Shown here: in pieces, positions 13,545 through 30,349 of the stretch
Position numbering within the stretch: position 1 is the stretch's first letter
Layout of the letters: each line of letters starts with the position of its first letter
Source: Eledone cirrhosa
Taxonomy: Eukaryota
Reading direction: 5' to 3'
NCBI GenBank assembly: GCA_964016885.1
Contig: OZ024756.1
Coordinates: 40,176,001-40,240,000 of the forward strand
DNA length: 64,000 bases
The notes under the pieces: generated by a model
What the model was told of the DNA's origin: nothing
What the model saw: only the letters and a program-made list of their open reading frames with translations
The model's database searches: none
Translations under genes and position numbers: made by a program

Positions 13545-14340
13545 CCAGATGTAGAGATCTGTTGAAATCAATCCTCAAGTTACTATGGCGACAGATGTAG
13601 AGATTTATTGAATAGCTCATTGTCAAGTTACCACAGTGACAAATGTATAGGCTTGTTGAAGAACCAGATGTCAAGTTACCATGAGGACAGATGTACAGAT
13701 CTGTTGAATAGCCAGTTGTCAAGTTACCATGAGGACAGATGTACAGATCTGTTGAAGAACCAGATGTCAAGTTACCATGAGGACAGATGTACAGATCTGT
13801 TGAAGAACCAGATGTCAAGTTACCATGAGGACAGATGTACAGATCTGTTGAAGAACCAGATGTCAAGTTACCATGAGGACAGATGTACAGATCTGTTGAA
13901 TAGCCAGTTGTCAAGTTACCATGAGGACAGATGTACAGATCTGTTGAATAGCCAGATGTCAAGTTACCATGAGGACAGATCTGTTGAATAGCCAGTTGTC
14001 AAGTTACCATGAGGACAGATGTACAGATCTGTTGAATAGCCAGTTGTCGAGTTACCATGAGGACAGATGTACAGATCTGTTGAATAGCCAGATGTCAAGT
14101 TACCATGAGGACAGATGTACAGATCTGTTGAATAGCCAGATGTCAAGTTACCATGAGGACAGATGTACAGATCTGTTGAATAGCCAGTTGTCAAGTTACC
14201 ATGAGGACAGATGTACAGATCTGTTGAATAGCCAGTTGTCAAGTTACCATGAGGACAGATCTGTTGAATAGCCAGATGTCAAGTTACCACAGTAACAAAT
14301 GTATTGGCTTGTTGAAGAGACAGATGTACAGATATGTTGA
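13545..14340. repeat. 48-bp minisatellite (GTCAAGTTACCATGAGGACAGATGTACAGATCTGTTGAATAGCCAGTT), about 15 copies
   Basis: Tandem units are visible, with degenerate edges and two units carrying a short deletion. Confidence 0.95.
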
Positions 14341-15046
14341 AAAGAAAGACTTGGGACCCAGTACTTGACTGGTACATTATGAACCCTGGAAACATGAAGG
14401 GCAAAGTTGAGCTGAGAACAAACAACACACACCATATTGTTTGGTCCTCTTGTTTCAATAATAATAGCTTCTAATTTAGGCACAAGGCCAGCAATTCGGG
14501 GGGGGGGGGGTCAAACCCAGTACTTCACTGGTACTTTATTTTATCGACCCTGGAAAAATTGACCTGGATGTGATTTGAACTCAGAACATAGAGTTGTAAC
14601 TAAATACCACAAGGCATTCTGTCCAACGCTCAACTGATTCTACCAACATTGATTAAAAGAAAAAATAACAAAGCAACAAGAACAAAAACAAATAAACTTT
14701 GTTATTCCCCAATATTTGTTAGAGACACCTAAATAATGTGTTCTGGTCCTTGCCCTCAAACAGTATCCATTCAAGGGATAATCAAAATATATTTAAAAAT
14801 AAAAAGGACAATGATTGTGTTGCTGTTGTTATTATTGTTAATATTATTGTTGTTATTGATACTATTGTTGCAGTCGTTGTTTTATTGGTTTAATGAAAAC
14901 AAAGAGTAAGGAAAAAGAAAAACAAAAAAAAAACCCCTATTTAACAACAGAAATCCCTAAAAGTTTCCACACAATCATTGAACTAATGGTTGGCAGTGAT
15001 GATGATGATGATGACAATGGCGGTAGCGGTGTCACTGATCCATCCA

Positions 15047-18000
15047 TCAGCTAATCATCTGAGAGACAAGTTCGTTAATGTGGAAACTACCCTCCAAGGT
15101 AAGTGAAAGGAAGCGTTCGGCAGCTTTGGCGCTGAGTGTACGGAGGGCAGGTAAACGTAGCAACATCTTCCCATAGCGCTGGAGGTCATTTGAGTATTTC
15201 TTGCTGACATAGCGACGTAGTGTATCCAGGATTCTCGTCTGCATTGCAGCTACCTTCTGTTTGTCTTGCACACCTGAGGCATCTAGAACAGAGAGAGAGG
15301 ATATGTGAAATAAAGACTGAAAAAAGGTTGAGACAACTGAGATCAAACTTTAGAAAGGGGAACAACTGGAAGCAAGCTTCATTACTGTACAGTATACACC
15401 CTCCTCCAACACACAAGCATTTATAGTGTATTTATACAGGGTGTCCTCAAAAAATATATACACAAAGGCTGTACATTCTAACACCAACCACATTTACAAT
15501 ATATAAATATATGTGTGTGTGTTAAATACGCTCACACATTTATAGAGTATATATCATATTTTTGCAATATTTCTGTATATATGTTATATAAACACACACA
15601 CACACTCCAGAAGTTTTAATACTTGTATTTACAGGTATGTCTACTCACCTGGATATGTTAATACAAGAGCATTGAGGATACAGAATTCTGAGTGGTCAAG
15701 GTGAATAGTTTTAAGACAGAGAGAGAACTCGACAGATGCATTAACAAGTTCGTTACCCCAACCCATGTTGGTGGCGTAGGTGATTGGAACGAGCAAACCT
15801 TCAGCAAACTTTATCATGTTGTCCAAACCCATTGATCTGTTATAGTAAAGGAAAGAAAGAGCAGAAGATAATGTTTATTAGGGTGGTATGTTACAGGAAA
15901 AGATCCAAATTAGAGTTGTTAAGGGGTCAGTCAGCAATCTGGCTAGGGTCTTCTTAATATGGTGAAAACTTTGCCAGATGAGGGCTATTTATATTACCAT
16001 CCATTATCTTACTCCTCTAATGATTGGTCAGTCCCTAGTGTTGACAGTCCTTGCTAGATCACAACATGACATGGTAAACCAATTAAGTCTTTTTGAACTG
16101 ACCAATGGTAATGACTTTAGTATCATAGTACAGTGTAGATTGACCAATACCTATAGTAGCATAACAACCATAAACTGTAGACTGAACAATGAGAATGTCT
16201 GTGATGAACTGCAGACTGACCAATATACAACCACAAAGACAATATTACAGGAGTCAGAGAATGTTCAAGAATGATTAGTGGGTGACATATTTGTAACAAA
16301 TAAATATAACCGACACTTTTACCATTAAACATAACCAGTGGCCTACCTGTATGATAAACGAAGAACACTCAATTCCATGAATGAGGACTTCAACAGAGCT
16401 GTCTGGTCTGTTATACATAAATCTCGAAACCCTGGCAGAAATAAGAGATAAAAGGGCAATCATACAAAAACTGTGAGTTTCAGGTTAAGGATTTGAAACT
16501 CAAACTTCAGATTTCCAGGTTCTAAATGTTTCTAGTTGGGATTATAGTTTAGTTATTGGGTAACATACGTTACTAAGAGAGATACCCACCAGATGTAAGA
16601 TACTATCTTTAACAATAATGCTTTCTACTTTATTTTATTGATAAAATAAAGTACCAGTCAAACACTAAATTGCTGGCCTTGTGTCTAAATTTACAAACCA
16701 TCTTTATAAATTATATACTTCTTTATTGCATCTATTAACAAATTCATCTTTTGTAAAAATGAAAAAAATATTTTAAATATTTTACATTGATGGATTCACC
16801 TCCTGTATCCCGGCCTGTCATAAAGCTGGGTTGGTGTGAGGAAGGGCATCTCAAAAATATCCCAGCTAGTCCACCAAAGCATGGAAAAGTGAACATAGAA
16901 ACCCAGTACACTATGTAAAGTGATAGTGGTGGTGCTATGATAAAATACACCTAATCCACTCTGTAAAGTGATAATGCTGGTGCCATGATAAAATGCACCC
17001 AGTACACTCTGTAAAGTGGTAGTACTGGTGCCATTATAAAATATACATGATACACTGTGTAAAGTGGTTGGAATTAGAAAGGACATCCAGTTGTAGAAAC
17101 TATGCCAAAATATGGAATGTATGAGCAAGTTGTATGTGAATATATATATATATTTTATTACCTGGTACTTTCTTGGCCCAGTCAATAATATATTTCAACT
17201 CTAGATATCCACACTGAAGAAGTTCATTTCCAGTCAGGTTACAAATCTTAACTTCACCAACAAAGATTTCTACAAGGCGAGAGAATAAATAGTTCAACAG
17301 CAACAATTAATAGAAAGTAAAACCAAACCAAACATATTTACAGAAATAGGCAGCAATATATATGACATCGTTCATCTCTTGACATTTGAAATGGGTGAAA
17401 TTTCACATTTTCTGTTGTACCTCAATCTACAAAACTTTGCTGCCTTCTTCATAGATTGATTTGTTTTCTATTTTAATTTCTTTGGAGATACAGGACATTA
17501 ACTTGGTACCTCTAACATTACTATATACCACTGAATCTCCACTATACAATACTATCGAACTATAAATGACTTCTTCCTTAACCCTTTAACATTTACATTA
17601 CTCTATATATACTATTGTATTTTCACAGTAAAGGCTGAACCTCTCATAATCATCTCACATAATATCAAATCTATGATATTTTGATATTGTTTATTTTGAG
17701 AACAATAGCTTAACATCAGTATGAGTGGCTAGTTATGGCCGGTTTGAACAGAAAGAGGTCAGAGAATTCTGGCCAGATATGGCCAGTTTAAATGCTAAAG
17801 GGTTAATGACCTCCTCCACTCACTTTAATATTTATATATGTATATATATGTGTGTGTAGAGAGAGAGAGAGTGCAAGAAACAAGCATCTGGCTCATCTCA
17901 GAGGTCAGTAGCTCTGATTATGTACTAACTTCATGTGGGATGACACATCTAACCTTTGCTAGTATGGAAAACAGATGTTAAATGATGGTGATGATAGACA

Positions 18001-21000
18001 GATAGATAGATAGAAGTACAACTGACCTTCAGTTTTAGGGACCCTATCTGGAGCCGCACTGATCACTCTCTCCAATAATGTATCTTGATTCCTTGAAATA
18101 CCACCTCCACCACCACCACCACCACCACCACCACCACCACCACCACCACCACCACCACCACCTTCATCATTCTCTCCAATAATACTTTCCACTCTGCGAC
18201 GTTTATGCCGATGTTTGCCACCAGGGGTTCGGTCCTCCCGCACAGCTACAGATTTCAATATTTGAAAAAAAAAGAGTAAAGAATAAAAATAATTATTTAT
18301 TATATGTTGAGAATTTTAAAGTAAATTATGTAAGTTTAACTCCTTTGATAGTAAAGTGTCTAGAACTGTCTCTGGTTCTACGATTCAAAACTGTTTGCTT
18401 TAACCCTTTAACATTTAAACCGGCCATATCCAGCCAAAATTGTTTCACCTCTTTCTATTCAAACCAACTGTAAGCGGCTGCTCAAACTGACGTTAAGGTA
18501 TTGTTCTCAAAATAAATAATATCAAAATCTCGAAGATTCAATATTATGTGAGATAATTATGTAAGATAAAGCCTTTACCACAAAAATACAATAGTATATA
18601 TAGAGTAATGTAAATGTTATGTGAGATATTATGTGAGGTAAAGCCTTTACTGTGAAAATACAATAGTATACATAGAGTAATGTAAATGTTATGTGAGATA
18701 TTATGTGAGGTAAAGCCTTTACTGTGAAAATACAATAGTATACATAGAGTAATGTAAATGTTATGTGAGATATTATGTGAGGTAAAGCCTTTACTGTGAA
18801 AATACAATAGTATATATAGAGTAATGTAAATGCTAAAGGGTTAAAGTATTTATAATTATCTAAAAACCTCTCCTGTTCATTATTTTCGTGAACAGGATTG
18901 ACATGAGCAGCCAGGTTAGAAGTCGTATCACAATTGGCAGGTGTAAAACCAATTTAAGTGGAATTTGAAGATGATATGGTGTTACTTAACTCAACAGAAG
19001 GTGAACTCAAACCTGCACTTGATAGGTTTGAGTGCTGCATGGCTGGAATGAAATTCACTGTGTATCTGATTTGCAATAGATATACTTACAGGAAGGACAC
19101 CTAGCTGTGAAACATTACCTTAACCTTTTAGCACCTACATTGCTCTATATTTACTATTGTTTTAAAGGTTTTACTTCACATAATTACCTCACAGAGTAAC
19201 AAATCTATGAGATTTTGATGTTATTTATTTTGAGAACACTACCTTAACGTAAGTTTATACTTATGCTAACCCTTTAGCATTTATATTAACTTATATATAC
19301 CATTATATTTTTATGGTAAACACTTTACCTCACATAATATCGAATCTATGAGATTTTGATATTATTTATTTTGAGAGCAACACCTTAACATAAGTATGAG
19401 TGGCCAGTTACAGCCTGCTTGAATGGAAAGAGGTGATAGATTTCTGGCCAGTTTAAATGCTAATGGGTTAAGGTATTGTTCTGGTTACTACTGGTTTGAA
19501 CAGAAAGAGGTGAGAGAATTCTGGCTGGATACCATCAGTTTAAATGCTAAGGGGTTAAAAAAACCCAAGATGAAGATACAGCCTGTCATGACGATGTAAA
19601 GCTGATCACTGCTTTAGAAGGGGACATCCCCTTAAAATGTTTGTTTTGTTGTTGTAGACCCAAGTGGGAATAAGTAGTGTCTTGTTTCACAGACAAGTCA
19701 CTGGTAGTGTACTCGTTGACCTTGGATGAGGGAGAGGGGTGGGAATTAGGACTGTGAGCGGGAGTGGCACCAGCTATAACTATTACTACTGCTACTACAA
19801 CAACAACCAGGTAAAAACTAGCAGTTATAACAATATGATCCTTTTGAAGGACAACTATGTGATAATGAGGTCATCATCATTGTCATATACACCACCACTA
19901 CTACTAGCTAGAGACACCACCACAACTACTAGTTAGAGACACCACCACAACTACTAGCTAGAGACACCACCACAACTACTAGCTAGAGACACCACCACAA
20001 CTACTAGCTAGAGACACCACCACAACTACTAGCTAGAGACACCACCACAACTACTAGCTAGAGACACCACCACAACTACTAGCTAGAGACACCACCACAA
20101 CTACTAGCTAGAGACACCACCACAACTACTAGCTAGAGACACCACCACTACTACTAGCTAGAGACACCACCACAACTACTAGCTAGAAACACCACCACAA
20201 CTACTAGCTAGAGACACCACCACAACTACTAGCTAGAGACACCACCACAACTACTAGCTAGAAACACCACCACAACTACTAGCTAGAGACACCACCACAA
20301 CTACTAGCTAGAGACACCACCACAACTACTAGCTAGAAACACCACCACAACTACTAGCTAGAGACACCACCACAACTACTAGCTAGAGACACCACCACAA
20401 CTACTAGCTAGAAACACCACCACAACTACTAGTTAGAAACACCACCACAACTACTAGCTAGAAACACCACCACAACTACTAGCTAGAAACACCACCACAA
20501 CTACTAGTTAGAAACACCACCACTACTACTAGCTAGAAACACCACCACAACTACTAGCTAGAAACACCACCACAACTACTAGCTAGAGACACCACCACAA
20601 CTACTAGCTAGAAACACCACCACAACTACTAGTTAGAAACACCGCCACAACTACTAGCTAGAGACACCACCACAACTACTAGCTAGAAACACCACCACAA
20701 CTACTAGCTAGAGACACCACCACAACTACTAGCTAGAAACACCACCACAACTACTAGTTAGAAACACCACCACAACTACTAGTTAGAAACACCACCACAA
20801 CTACTAGCTAGAAACACCACCACAACTACTAGCTAGAAACACCACCACAACTACTAGCTAGAGACACCACCACAACTACTAGTTAGAAACACCACCACAA
20901 CTACTAGCTAGAAACACCACCACAACTACTAGTTAGAAACACCACCACAACTACTAGCTAGAAACACCACCACAACTACTAGCTAGAAACACCACCACAA

Positions 21001-22929
21001 CTACTAGCTAGAGACACCACCACAACTACTAGCTAGAGACACCACCACAACTACTAGCTAGAAACACCACCACAACTACTAGTTAGAAACACCACCACAA
21101 CTACTAGCTAGAGACACCACCACAACTACTAGCTAGAGACACCACCACAACTACTAGCTAGAGACACCACCACAACTACTAGCTAGAGACACCACCACAA
21201 CTACTAGCTAGAGACACCACCACAACTACTAGCTAGAGACACCACCACAACTACTAGCTAGAGACACCACCACAACTACTAGTTAGAGACACCACCACAA
21301 CTACTAGCTAGAGACACCACCACAACTACTAGCTAGATACACCACCACAACTACTAGCTAGAGACACCACCACAACTACTAGCTAGAAACACCACCACAA
21401 CTACTAGCTAGAGACACCACCACAACTACTAGCTAGAGACACCACCACAACTACTAGCTAGAGACACCACCACAACTACTAGCTAGAGACACCACCACAA
21501 CTACTAGTTAGAGACACCACCACAACTACTAGCTAGAGACACCACCACAACTACTAGCTAGATACACCACCACAACTACTAGCTAGAGACACCACCACAA
21601 CTACTAGCTAGAAACACCACCACAACTACTAGCTAGAAACACCACCACAACTACTAGCTAGAGACACCACCACAACTACTAGCTAGAAACACCACCACAA
21701 CTACTAGCTAGAAACACCACCACAACTACTAGCTAGAAACACCACCACAACTACTAGCTAGAGACACCACCACAACTACTAGCTAGAGACACCACCACAA
21801 CTACTAGCTAGAAACACCACCACAACTACTAGCTAGAGACACCACCACTACTACTAGCTAGAGACACCACCACAACTACTAGCTAGAGACACCACCACAA
21901 CTACTAGCTAGAAACACCACCACAACTACTAGCTAGAAACACCACCACAACTACTAGCTAGAGACACCACCACTACTACTAGCTAGAGACACCACCACAA
22001 CTACTAGCTAGAGACACCACCACTACTACTAGCTAGAGACACCACCACAACTACTAGCTAGAGACACCACCACTACTACTAGCTAGAGACACCACCACAA
22101 CTACTAGCTAGAGACACCACCACTACTACTAGCTAGAGACACCACCACAACTACTAGCTAGAGACACCACCACTACTACTAGCTAGAGACACCACCACAA
22201 CTACTAGCTAGAAACACCACCACAACTACTAGCTAGAGACACCACCACAACTACTAGCTAGAGACACGAGCTAAAGAAGAAGAAGAAGGGAAAGGTGCTA
22301 AAGTTTTAAAAAAGAAAGAGAAAAAGTAGAAGAATGATGATTAAGACAAATATTTTTGAAACAACCAATTTCAACTTACCGTCTCTTTTCATACCAACTT
22401 GCAGACAGCGCTGGAAGCGACAGTGTTGGCAGCTGTTCCTCGTGAACTTGTTAATGATGCAGTTGCCACTGTCCTTGCACTTGTAAACTAAATTCTTCTG
22501 GACGGTACGCTTGAAGAATCCTTTACACCCCTCACAAGAGAAAGCAGAATAATGATAGCCTGATCCAAGATCACTGCACACTAAACAGAATCCGGTGTTG
22601 GACTGGTCCATTTCCATTGTAAGGGAGTTCTGCTCTATTGAAGATCCATTCACAATTTCCAGCTGAATGGTGTTGGTACCACTTGACACCTGTGATGAGG
22701 TTGGGGAGGGCTTTGTAACTATGAGTTTACCCTGACTTTCCACAACAATGTTGGAGTTTCTCTCCATCTCGGAGAAGTCAGGTGTCAAGGAGTTCGCTTT
22801 CTCCTCTGACTGGATAGTAATAACAAGATCGTTTGACGAGCTGAAGGCCTCTTCTTCATTGCATTGCTGGCCAGATGTGTCTTTGCCTAAAATATCAATG
22901 GCAGCACTCTCGTTTATTGTGTCAGCCAT
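15047..22929 (-). CDS. Orphan nuclear hormone receptor, 461 aa (C4 zinc-finger DBD + LBD), probably NR7/NR8-like; exons 22929-22380, 18245-18027, 17269-17162, 16431-16347, 15836-15649, 15282-15047
   Basis: [54 protein letters not shown]; T-box [14 protein letters not shown]; LBD signature [38 protein letters not shown]; helix 10 [13 protein letters not shown]. All six exons are GT-AG with matching phases, totalling 1386 nt. The subfamily call is inference. Confidence 0.93.
17578..17806. mobile_element. TTAA-flanked piggyBac-type MITE (~225 bp; TIR CCCTTTAGCATTTA)
   Basis: TTAA-CCCTTTAACATTTA...TAAATGCTAAAGGG-TTAA; the same family recurs about 11 times in the window. Confidence 0.85.
18400..18844. 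mobile_element. piggyBac-type MITE copy with an internal ~70-bp tandem amplification
   Basis: Both TIRs and TTAA present; the internal unit is repeated about 4 times (18540-18830). Confidence 0.85.
18900..19075 (+). mobile_element. Degenerate RTE-type RT fragment
   Basis: Translation [20 protein letters not shown]...AGMKF resembles the RT YADD-downstream region. Confidence 0.5.
19120..19558. mobile_element. Compound/nested piggyBac-type MITE copies
   Basis: Two left TIRs (~19120, ~19268) and two right TIRs (~19471, ~19558) of the same family. Confidence 0.75.
19900..22268. repeat. 25-bp satellite (AGCTAGAGACACCACCACAACTACT), about 94 copies, in the nuclear receptor intron
   Basis: Highly homogeneous tandem array with only A/G and C/T variants. 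Confidence 0.97.
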
Positions 22930-23917
22930 TTAGAGAGAGGTTCACTGAAGAAAATGGAAAAGATTGTCAGAGCATGAAAAAAAAAAGACAAAAACAGAAA
23001 AATAAACCCCCAGAAACCCCAGACAACTGGGCATTGAAAGGAAAGGAAGGAATGAAGGAAGGAAGGAAGGAAGGCTCTTAATTCCTGACACAGGGGCATC
23101 CCCATGATACATGTGTCTTGGGCATTTTAAACCTGGCAGAGCTCATTGCTCTCCAGGTGGGAAAACAACTAACTGATTTCTTCTACAGAGAGACGGGAGA
23201 GATAAAAATATATATATATATATATAGAGAGAGAAGGAGGATGTGAAATGAAGAGAGAGATATAGTGTATGAGAAAAAAGAGAAAGAATGAGAGAGAGAA
23301 TGAATGTAGGTGAGAATCCATTCAGACAATTTCAAGGTTAACAACCAAAATGATAAAAATACATACAAGCTTCTATTTATTTTTTATTTTTGTCACACTT
23401 ACTTGGAACAAAAGCCTAAAAGAAAGACACTGTTAATGTTGCATTGCACGAGACAATCCCACATAAATAGAGGGAGGGGTGGCAACCAGGAAGGACAGCC
23501 AGGTTTCCCATGAAAACTTATGTAAACCAGTTGATTCTTCCTGAAAGACAGACAGACAGACTGTGGCCCTCCAGCAGAAAAAAGAAAAGGAAAATAAAAC
23601 TGTGACAGTAGAAAGACAAGGGCAGGAGTGAAGCAGATCTAGATATTAATAGGTAGATAGAGATAAATAGTTAGATAGACAGGTAAATCAATAGATAAAT
23701 AGATACGTATATATGTATATATATATATTGTGAGTTTGATTCCCAGACTGGGCGATGCATTATGTCCTTGGGCAAGACACTTTACTTCATGTTGCTCCTT
23801 CTACCTGGATATGCGATTGATAGATAGTATTAGTAATTGGAAAGATCAATTGAAACATTGTTTCCTCAGTCCGCTTTGACAAAAGTAGATGGACTGTCGA
23901 TATATATATATATGTAT

Positions 23918-23965
<48 letters not shown>

Positions 23966-24430
23966 GTAAATTAATATAGATAAATATATAGGTACACACA
24001 TATCATCATCATCATCATTTAACATCCACTTTCTATGCTAGCATGGGTTAGACGGATTGTCCCAATTTGAAGCAAGTTGGGTCAGATGACTGTGTCTTGT
24101 TCATATGGAACTGTTTCTGGCCAGATTTCTAAAGATGGATGCCCTTTCTAACGCCAACCACATTTACAAAGAGAGAGATAATATATTAATTGGTTGTCGA
24201 AATCACAATACCATGAGATGCTTCACACAATACACATATCATCATTGTCACAGTGTCATTCCCTATCCGACTCAATGCTAACTGGGGTTAAACAGTAACA
24301 GAGGATGTCTATATGGAATTTGGTAGGACAATCAGCAATAGTTCAATAGGACCAGGGATTTAAGGATAATCAAATCATCCAATAATGACATCAAACTTAT
24401 TGCTACATTCCACAAATTAATTATGGTCAG

Positions 24431-26880
<2,450 letters not shown>

Positions 26881-27194
26881 TCCAGCAAGAAAGAACGGAC
26901 ATACATACCAATATGAATAAAAAATATGAAGTTAGTGTTACTTTTTCAACCGAATCTGTTATAAACAGGAAGGTATATTGTTCCTCGGTTACTGGTTTAT
27001 GTTAATGATGATGATGATGATGATCATCATCATCATGACAGTAAACGATTGGTGGTGTCTAGGACCAATGAATGTTATTACAAAACTAAACTCAAAGTGT
27101 ACCGAATAAAACTTATTTAAAAAGCCTATATAAATATACGTACGTGTGTGTATATAAAACCATCTAAACATACAATATATACACACACACACAT

Positions 27195-27310
<116 letters not shown>

Positions 27311-27717
27311 TGAGAAATTGTGTAGGTGTGTGCGTGTGTATATATATTGTTTAGAATGTGTTTTAAGTAACTGCTTTAAAACGTTTTGCCAAATAACAAC
27401 AAATACTGACTTGCCATATTGATTTGTGTTCACATAGGCACGAGGCCTCAAACATCGTGTTGTTTTGGTGGGACGTGAAGGGCATGATCAAATTGACCCC
27501 ACCCCACCAATTTCCTGATGTATTTATCTTGGATCGGAGAAAAGCTGTGTATATATTGCTCTCTCTCTCTCTGCTCCAGTCTAGCTCAATCTTAACATCT
27601 GTCTCTAAGTCAAAGGGTCAAACAATTCCCTTCTCAACAAACAGACAGACAGACATGCCATATGTAGCGAGTAATCGAGGAAGAAGACTTCAGACCTGCT
27701 ACAAAATTCAACACACT

Positions 27718-27770
<53 letters not shown>

Positions 27771-28120
27771 ATAATAATAAATATGAAGACTAAATTCCAA
27801 AGAGGGTTCGATAAGGTAAAATATATATCAGAGTTTTAGAAGATCGTGAAGGGTGAAAGCACCGATTCTTTCCTTAAGCTTTAATCAGTTATTTTAAATT
27901 ATATATATATATATATCCCTCATATAATATTCTACCCTATTATAAGACAGGCAAAACGCATTGGATGATGTGTTTATGATAAACGATATGGACAGCCACG
28001 GCTGGATTATCATTGATTATATGTCTTACATTATAGATAAATCTGGATGATCCACGCTGACCTGGGGCTAAATAACATTATAAACGAGAGAATACAAAAC
28101 GAATGGCTCGTTCTTAAAGA

Positions 28121-28183
<63 letters not shown>

Positions 28184-28865
28184 TCAAAAATATATAATAT
28201 TTGACTTCACGAGATTCTAGTCTACTGTGTGTAATTTAGAAGAGGAAATGTGTGATGATAATAAACATCAATAACGTATAATATAAGAGTCACTCACCTC
28301 CATGTCGTTAAGGTGGGCACATTATATATACAACTATATATATATATAGTTGTATAGATATATAACTGTGAGTGTGTGTGTTTGTATATATGAATATATC
28401 TATAGAAATATATATATAGATATACTCTATCTATCTATATATATATATTAAACCGTGGGTTCGTAGTGGTCTTTCACTGTGCTCGTGTGTGTATGTCTAT
28501 GTGGGAACAAGAGTCGCGTGGGAGTTATCTGTTCTTTGTTCGTTAGTCAGGCATCAGGGGGCAGTAGCGCCGTCACTAACAGCACCACCTTCTATGTTGC
28601 CGAGCACACAGAAGTGAAGAAAATAACAGAACTCCCCTCACACACACACACACCTCACATATATATATATATATGTGAGCGTGTATCTCTCTAAATATAT
28701 ATATATGTGTGTGTGTGTGCACTCAATAGCCCCGGGATGTTTTGATGAAATGGTTGACTGCAGAAATTGTCAGAGGATAAATCTAGCAGAAACTTGGCAA
28801 ATGAGGCAGTGTGTGTGTGTATATATATATATGTTTATATATATAGAGAGTGGCATAGATAGATG

Positions 28866-28896
<31 letters not shown>

Positions 28897-29740
28897 GTGT
28901 GTGTGTGTGGATGTTTGCATACATACATATACACATACATATATATGTGTATTACATACATAGATATCTACATATTCATGTACACAGATTATGTAAATAT
29001 ATATCAACACTGCTATCCATCCATTTCTTGAATATCACCATCACCAACAACAACAACACCACAATCGTGCCCCAGCACAACCACCGCCACCTCTACCAGC
29101 ATCACCATCATCACCATCAACACTACGAACACCACTACAAAATCCCCCCCCCCCGCTCCTCCAGGCCGCCACCAAAACCTCTACCAGCAGCACCCACTAC
29201 CACCACCACCATCATCATCACCACCAACAACAACACTACCACCGACACCACTACTACCACCGACACCACTACTACCACAATCGCCCCCATCACAACTACC
29301 GCCGCCAAAACCTCTACCACCACCATCATCACATCATTATCACTATCATCATCAGATCATTATCATCATCGCTATCATCATCATCATCAATTTAATGATT
29401 ATCATCTTCAAATCTCTCAATAGACAATAAGTTGGTATTTAAATGTCAAAATCCTCTCCGTCTACCAATTTAAAGTAATAAAACATTGTCCAACAGGAGA
29501 ATATATTACAAGACAGACTTTGGGACTGAACCAATACCTCCGGGGCTTGGATGTCACTTCCTTCACCACATGGCCATGTTTGCACATACATACATATATA
29601 CATAAATACATGCATACATACATATATACATACATACATGCATACATACATATATACATACATACATATATACATACTAACCTATGCTAGCGTGGAAGAT
29701 GGACGTTAAACGATGATGATGATGACGATATATATATATA

Positions 29741-30072
29741 TGACATAATGATATGGGACAGGGAAAAGAAGGCATGCACAGTAGTGGAAGTTAGCTGCCC
29801 AGCAGATGCCAATATAATATCAAAGATTAACGAAAAGGAGAATATTTATGCAGAACTAATGAGAAATCTGTAGATACTCCACCCTGATATACCTTCAGAT
29901 TTATACCTGTGATTATTGGGACACTGGGATATGTTAGTAACTGCCTTAATACAAATCTTGAGAAGCTGGGTTTCACAGGAACAGAAAAAATGCAACTAGT
30001 TGGGAAATTACAAGTACAATCTATTAATGAAACAGTAAAAATATGTAAAACATTCCAAAAATTTTGCATCTA
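29741..30072 (+). mobile_element. 3' fragment of an RLE-type (R4/Dong/R2-group) non-LTR retrotransposon
   Basis: DIMIWDREKKACTVVEVSCPADANI..K..EK..IY..L, then FIPVIIGTLG: the restriction-like endonuclease PD-x-D/E region, with a stop and a frameshift. It begins right after a TA run. Confidence 0.75.
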
Positions 30073-30349
30073 ATAATTGCATATACACATGTACAGATAC
30101 AAAGTGTATACACATGCACACATTCAACTCAAAACATACACATCCACACATACAATAACATCTATATCTACACATGCATGCATACATATCTACCTAGTTG
30201 ATGTGTAAATTCCAATGAGAGAGTCTTGTGTCTATGTTAGAAACCGACTCTCTATTGGAAAAAATATATATATAAATACATACATACATACATATATTCA
30301 TATATACATACATAAATACATACAAACATACAGGCAAAGATACATATAT

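Noticed and set aside
19900-22268. CRISPR-like appearance of regular short repeats (also 47640-48626 and 13545-14340)
   Set aside because: Head-to-tail units with no unique spacers, no cas genes, eukaryotic context.
28863-29423. His/Thr/Pro-rich 186-aa ORF
   Set aside because: CAC/CAT/ACT trinucleotide low complexity with no splice or homology support.
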